Assembly: GCA_028140145.1 (NCBI GenBank)
Contig: JAOIOC010000002.1
Coordinates: 2,297-66,296 of the forward strand
From: SAR86 cluster bacterium
Lineage (GTDB): Bacteria; Pseudomonadota; Gammaproteobacteria; Magnimaribacterales; AG-339-G14
Reading direction: 5' to 3'
DNA: 64,000 bases
Shown here: positions 60,783 through 64,000 of the stretch, one piece after another
Position numbering within the stretch: position 1 is the stretch's first letter
Layout: the number at the start of each line of letters is the position of its first letter
The notes under the pieces: generated by a model
What the model was told of the DNA's origin: nothing
Database searches by the model: none
What the model saw: the letters and a program-made list of their open reading frames with translations, nothing else
Position numbers and translations under genes: made by a program

Positions 60783-61868
60783 CTATACATTGAATCTGAA
60801 GTGAACTATGTCTCCATCTTTAATGATGTATTCAGAACCTTCGGATCTTAATTTTCCTGCCTCTTTAGCTCCTAGCTCACCATTAAACTCAATATAATCT
60901 TCATAGGAAATGGTTTCAGCTCTGATAAAACCTTTTTCAAAGTCTGTATGAATTGTTCCTGCAGCTTGAGGAGCCAGAGATCCTTTTTTTATTTCCCAGG
61001 CTCTTACTTCTTTTTTTCCAGCCGTAAAAAAGGTTTGAAGACCTAAGCTATCAAATGCTGCCCTGATCATGACGTTTAATCCAGGTTCTTCTAGACCTAT
61101 ATCTTTCAGAAGATCATCTTTGTCATCTCCAAGTTCAGCTATTTCAGCTTCAAGCTGATTGCATAGACCAATGACTTGAGAATTATTTTCAGAGGCGAAT
61201 TCTTTAACGGATGAATAAAATTCATTTTCTTCAAGGCTATCATCTATGTTTGCGACATATATAACAGGTTTGATTGAAATAAGATTTAAGCCTTTAAGTT
61301 CAGCTAAATCGTTATTTTCAAAGTTTATATTTCTTAAATTCTCTTCTTTATTTAGAAATTCCAATGTTTTTTCATAAACTTCTAAAGTAAAGAGAAGCTT
61401 TTTGTCGCCACTTTTAGCTTTCCTCTTAACATTTTCAATGGCGTTCTCAAGAACTTCCATATCTGCAAGGATAAGTTCAAGTTCTATCGTTTTTATATCA
61501 TCTAGAGGAGATATTTTATCTTTGACATGAATAATGCTTTCATCTTCAAAGCATCTAACCACGTGAATAATCGCATCTGTTTCTCTGATATTGGCAAGAA
61601 ACTTATTACCTAAACCCTCTCCCTTGGAAGCTCCCTCAACAAGACCAGCGATATCAACAAATTCAACAGTTGATTGAATTATTTCCTCAGGATCAACAAT
61701 TTCAGCTATTTTATTTAGTCTTCTGTCAGGAAGATTTACTATTCCAACATTAGGATCAATTGTGCAAAATGGAAAATTTTCAGCTTGTATGCCAGATGAT
61801 GTTAACGCATTGAATAAGGTAGATTTTCCTACGTTAGGTAATCCCACAATCCCACATTTAAGTCCCAT
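60783..61868 (-). CDS. ychF: Ribosome-binding ATPase YchF
   Basis: I chose the start at [23 protein letters not shown] (P-loop), which gives a TAATG overlap with pth. The listed ORF adds 13 upstream residues. C-terminal TGS-like domain. Confidence 0.94.
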   Translation of the reverse strand: MGLKCGIVGLPNVGKSTLFNALTSSGIQAENFPFCTIDPNVGIVNLPDRRLNKIAEIVDPEEIIQSTVEFVDIAGLVEGASKGEGLGNKFLANIRETDAIIHVVRCFEDESIIHVKDKISPLDDIKTIELELILADMEVLENAIENVKRKAKSGDKKLLFTLEVYEKTLEFLNKEENLRNINFENNDLAELKGLNLISIKPVIYVANIDDSLEENEFYSSVKEFASENNSQVIGLCNQLEAEIAELGDDKDDLLKDIGLEEPGLNVMIRAAFDSLGLQTFFTAGKKEVRAWEIKKGSLAPQAAGTIHTDFEKGFIRAETISYEDYIEFNGELGAKEAGKLRSEGSEYIIKDGDIVHFRFNV

Positions 61869-62446
61869 TATTTTTTTGAATGTAATTGCGTCAAAGCTTT
61901 TTCCCAATCATCAAAAGCAACAAGTTCAAAAACTTCCAAGGCATTATGCATCGCTATAAGTTTATTTTTTCTTTCGCTAGAAGATCCTTTTTTTACGACA
62001 AAGGAATTAACTTTTTTTGTATCGCCTGGATGACCTATACCAATTCTTAGCCTCTTAAAATCTTTTTTACCAGACAAGCTCTGCATAATATCTTTTAAGC
62101 CATTGTGACCTCCATCTCCTCCAGAGAATTTTAATTTTGATACTCCAGGAGGAAGATCTAGGTCATCATGAACAACAAGAAGATTTTTTAATTTTATATT
62201 TTCTCCCTTTACAGTAGGAGCAACGCTTTTTCCACTTTGATTCATAAATAGGGTAGGGATAGAAAGGATGACTTCCATATCCTTCAATAGAAATTTTCCT
62301 ATAGAAGCTTTATATTTTTTCTTTTCTGTTAACTCAACATCATACTTTTCACAAAGCATATGAACGAAATCAGTTCCTGCATTATGTCTTGTATTAGCAT
62401 ACCTTGAGCCAGGATTTCCTAACCCAACAACTAAAAAGGTTTCCAT
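61868..62446 (-). CDS. pth: Peptidyl-tRNA hydrolase
   Basis: VGLGNPGSRYANTRHNAG and GGHNGLKDI motifs. Confidence 0.95.
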   Translation of the reverse strand: METFLVVGLGNPGSRYANTRHNAGTDFVHMLCEKYDVELTEKKKYKASIGKFLLKDMEVILSIPTLFMNQSGKSVAPTVKGENIKLKNLLVVHDDLDLPPGVSKLKFSGGDGGHNGLKDIMQSLSGKKDFKRLRIGIGHPGDTKKVNSFVVKKGSSSERKNKLIAMHNALEVFELVAFDDWEKALTQLHSKK

Positions 62447-62449
62447 AAA

Positions 62450-63148
62450 TTAGTTATCGTTAGATTCTTCTTCTTGAGACTCGTCTGTTTGAGATGAATC
62501 GGCAGAAGCTTCAGCATCGTCTGTAACTTCTTCACCATCTTCTCCAATCGCAGGATCATCAATTTCAAGTGAAGCTCTGGTAACAGAACAAGAGAGAACA
62601 GGTTGATCTTGGAGATCATTCAATACGCTGGTCAGTTCGACACCTTCGGGCAAGGAAATTTCTGACATCATCACAGATTGATTCAATTCAATGTTTTGAG
62701 TGTCGATTTCAATAAATTCTGGAAGAGAGGCTGCAGAGCATAAAACTTCTACTTCGTTTCTGAGGTGAGAAATCATCCCGCCTTGTTGTTTGACGCCAAT
62801 ACAAATATCCTCATTAATAAATTTTAATGGGACATTAACAGTTACTTTGGTATCTTTTGAAACAACAAGGAAGTCAACGTGTGAAGGTCTATCATTTCTC
62901 GGGTTTCTTTGAATATCTTTCAATAGAACCTCAAAAGGGGATCCATCAATATTCAAATCGATAACTTGGGAAAAAATACTTGGGTTTTCAAGAATTTTCT
63001 TAAGATCTTTCTCCATGACTTTAATATTTGAAGATTTCTCTTCTCCGTATATAACCCCCGGGACTATTTCAGAAGATCTTAAGCTTCTTGAATTTGCCTT
63101 ACCTGTTTCTTGTCTGGATTCACCAGATATAGTTATTTTTTCGCTCAT
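62450..63148 (-). CDS. rplY: 50S ribosomal protein L25 (CTC/general-stress form) with acidic C-terminal tail
   Basis: RSSEIVPGVIYG is an L25 N-domain motif. CTC-type second domain. Located between prs and pth, as in Pseudomonas. Confidence 0.9.
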   Translation of the reverse strand: MSEKITISGESRQETGKANSRSLRSSEIVPGVIYGEEKSSNIKVMEKDLKKILENPSIFSQVIDLNIDGSPFEVLLKDIQRNPRNDRPSHVDFLVVSKDTKVTVNVPLKFINEDICIGVKQQGGMISHLRNEVEVLCSAASLPEFIEIDTQNIELNQSVMMSEISLPEGVELTSVLNDLQDQPVLSCSVTRASLEIDDPAIGEDGEEVTDDAEASADSSQTDESQEEESNDN

Positions 63149-63151
63149 TTT

Positions 63152-64000
63152 TTATAAAAACATTTCACTGATTGATTCTTCTTTATTCACTCTTGTTATA
63201 GCGCCTGCTAATGTTGAATCCATAGAGACAATCTTTATTTTCTTACAATTTTCAGCCTCTTTTGAGAGCGGAATTGTATCAGTTACTATCAATGAGTCTA
63301 GCTTTGATTTGGATATTTTTTCAATTGCAGAACCAGAAAGAACTGGGTGAGAAATATAAGCATAAACTTTTTGAGCGCCTTGTTTTTTCAATGCATCGGC
63401 AGCATTGCAGAGAGTTCCTGCTGTATCAATTATGTCATCTATAATAATGCATGTTTTTTTCTTAACGTCCCCAATAACATTCATAACTTCAGATTCATTC
63501 GCCTTTTCTCTTCTTTTATCAATGATAGCTAAATCAGTATCCCCCATATATTTTGCTAGTGCTCTTGCTCTTACAACACCACCTACATCAGGAGAAACTA
63601 CAATTTGGTTTGGATATCTTGATCTGTTTATATGATTTAAGAATGCTTTTGTAACGTAGATATTATCCACAGGTATATTGAAGAAACCCTGTATTTGGTC
63701 AGAGTGTAAATCCAGAGTCATGATTCTATTTGCGCCAGCAATCTGAAGAATTTCAGCAACTAGTTTTGCTGAAATAGGCACTCTTTCAGATCTAACTCTT
63801 CGATCCTGTCTGGCATAACCAAAATAGGGAATCACTGCGGTAATTCTGGAAGCAGATGCTCTCCTTAAAGCATCTATCATAATTGATAACTCCATGAGAT
63901 TTTCATTTGCAGGAGAACAAGTTGATTGGATTATGAATACATCCTTTCCTCTGACATTAACGTTTATCCTTACATCTGACTCGCCATCGCTGAATCTCTC
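63152..64000 (-). CDS. prs: Ribose-phosphate pyrophosphokinase (N-terminus lies beyond the window end)
   Basis: The frame stays open from 63895 to base 64000 (...[35 protein letters not shown]). [16 protein letters not shown] and [12 protein letters not shown] motifs. Confidence 0.95.
   Translation of the reverse strand, partial: ERFSDGESDVRINVNVRGKDVFIIQSTCSPANENLMELSIMIDALRRASASRITAVIPYFGYARQDRRVRSERVPISAKLVAEILQIAGANRIMTLDLHSDQIQGFFNIPVDNIYVTKAFLNHINRSRYPNQIVVSPDVGGVVRARALAKYMGDTDLAIIDKRREKANESEVMNVIGDVKKKTCIIIDDIIDTAGTLCNAADALKKQGAQKVYAYISHPVLSGSAIEKISKSKLDSLIVTDTIPLSKEAENCKKIKIVSMDSTLAGAITRVNKEESISEMFL

Noticed and set aside
62431-62619. 62-aa minus-strand ORF spanning the rplY/pth junction.
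   Set aside because: It is out of frame within the acidic tail of rplY and overlaps the pth start. It has a Leu/Lys-rich low-complexity translation and is a chance ORF.

Overview
This is an AT-rich, extremely gene-dense core-genome segment of a gammaproteobacterium. By my coordinates only about 840 of 64,000 nt lie outside a gene call. I call 62 protein genes and 3 tRNAs, almost all housekeeping, arranged in blocks familiar from E. coli and Pseudomonas. Block 1: grpE(partial)-dnaK-dnaJ-dapB. Block 2: rpsB-tsf-pyrH-frr-uppS-cdsA-dxr-rseP-bamA-skp-lpxD-fabZ-lpxA-lpxB-rnhB-dnaE-accA-tilS. Block 3: leuA(-), holD-like-rimI, gpx(-), tas-elaA-(SurA_N-like)-(HupE/UreJ_2-like), TM-CSD(-), valS-holC-pepA(-), lptF-lptG, RDD(-), POT transporter, dapD-dapC-map(-). 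Block 4: carA-carB-greA-rlmE-ftsH-folP-glmM-tpiA-secG-tRNA-Leu(GAG)-tRNA-fMet-rimP-nusA-infB-rbfA-truB-rpsO-pnp. Block 5: tRNA-Met(-), ychF-pth-rplY-prs(-, partial). There are 24 same-strand start/stop overlaps and 4 convergent gene-end overlaps. I found no IS element, prophage or integrase, CRISPR array, toxin-antitoxin pair, restriction or defence gene, or long repeat. I do not see a convincing novel multi-gene system here; this looks like an ordinary, unusually streamlined core region. The observations most worth a second look are listed here. (1) An 89-aa ORF overlapping rimI that looks like a minimal DNA pol III psi subunit. (2) A cold-shock-domain protein with two N-terminal transmembrane helices. 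(3) A 53-codon two-TM ORF, absent from the ORF track, coupled to the dapD stop by TAATG. (4) A structured carA leader with a perfect inverted repeat, a 15-codon ORF and a terminator-like hairpin. (5) A tightly coupled tas-elaA-chaperone-like-HupE-like cassette of unclear joint function. (6) Convergent genes that share palindromic stop tetranucleotides. (7) A circular-permutation-like interruption of the ancestral dapB-carA adjacency. All functional calls rest on motifs visible in the supplied translations and on remembered family and synteny knowledge. No database search was run.
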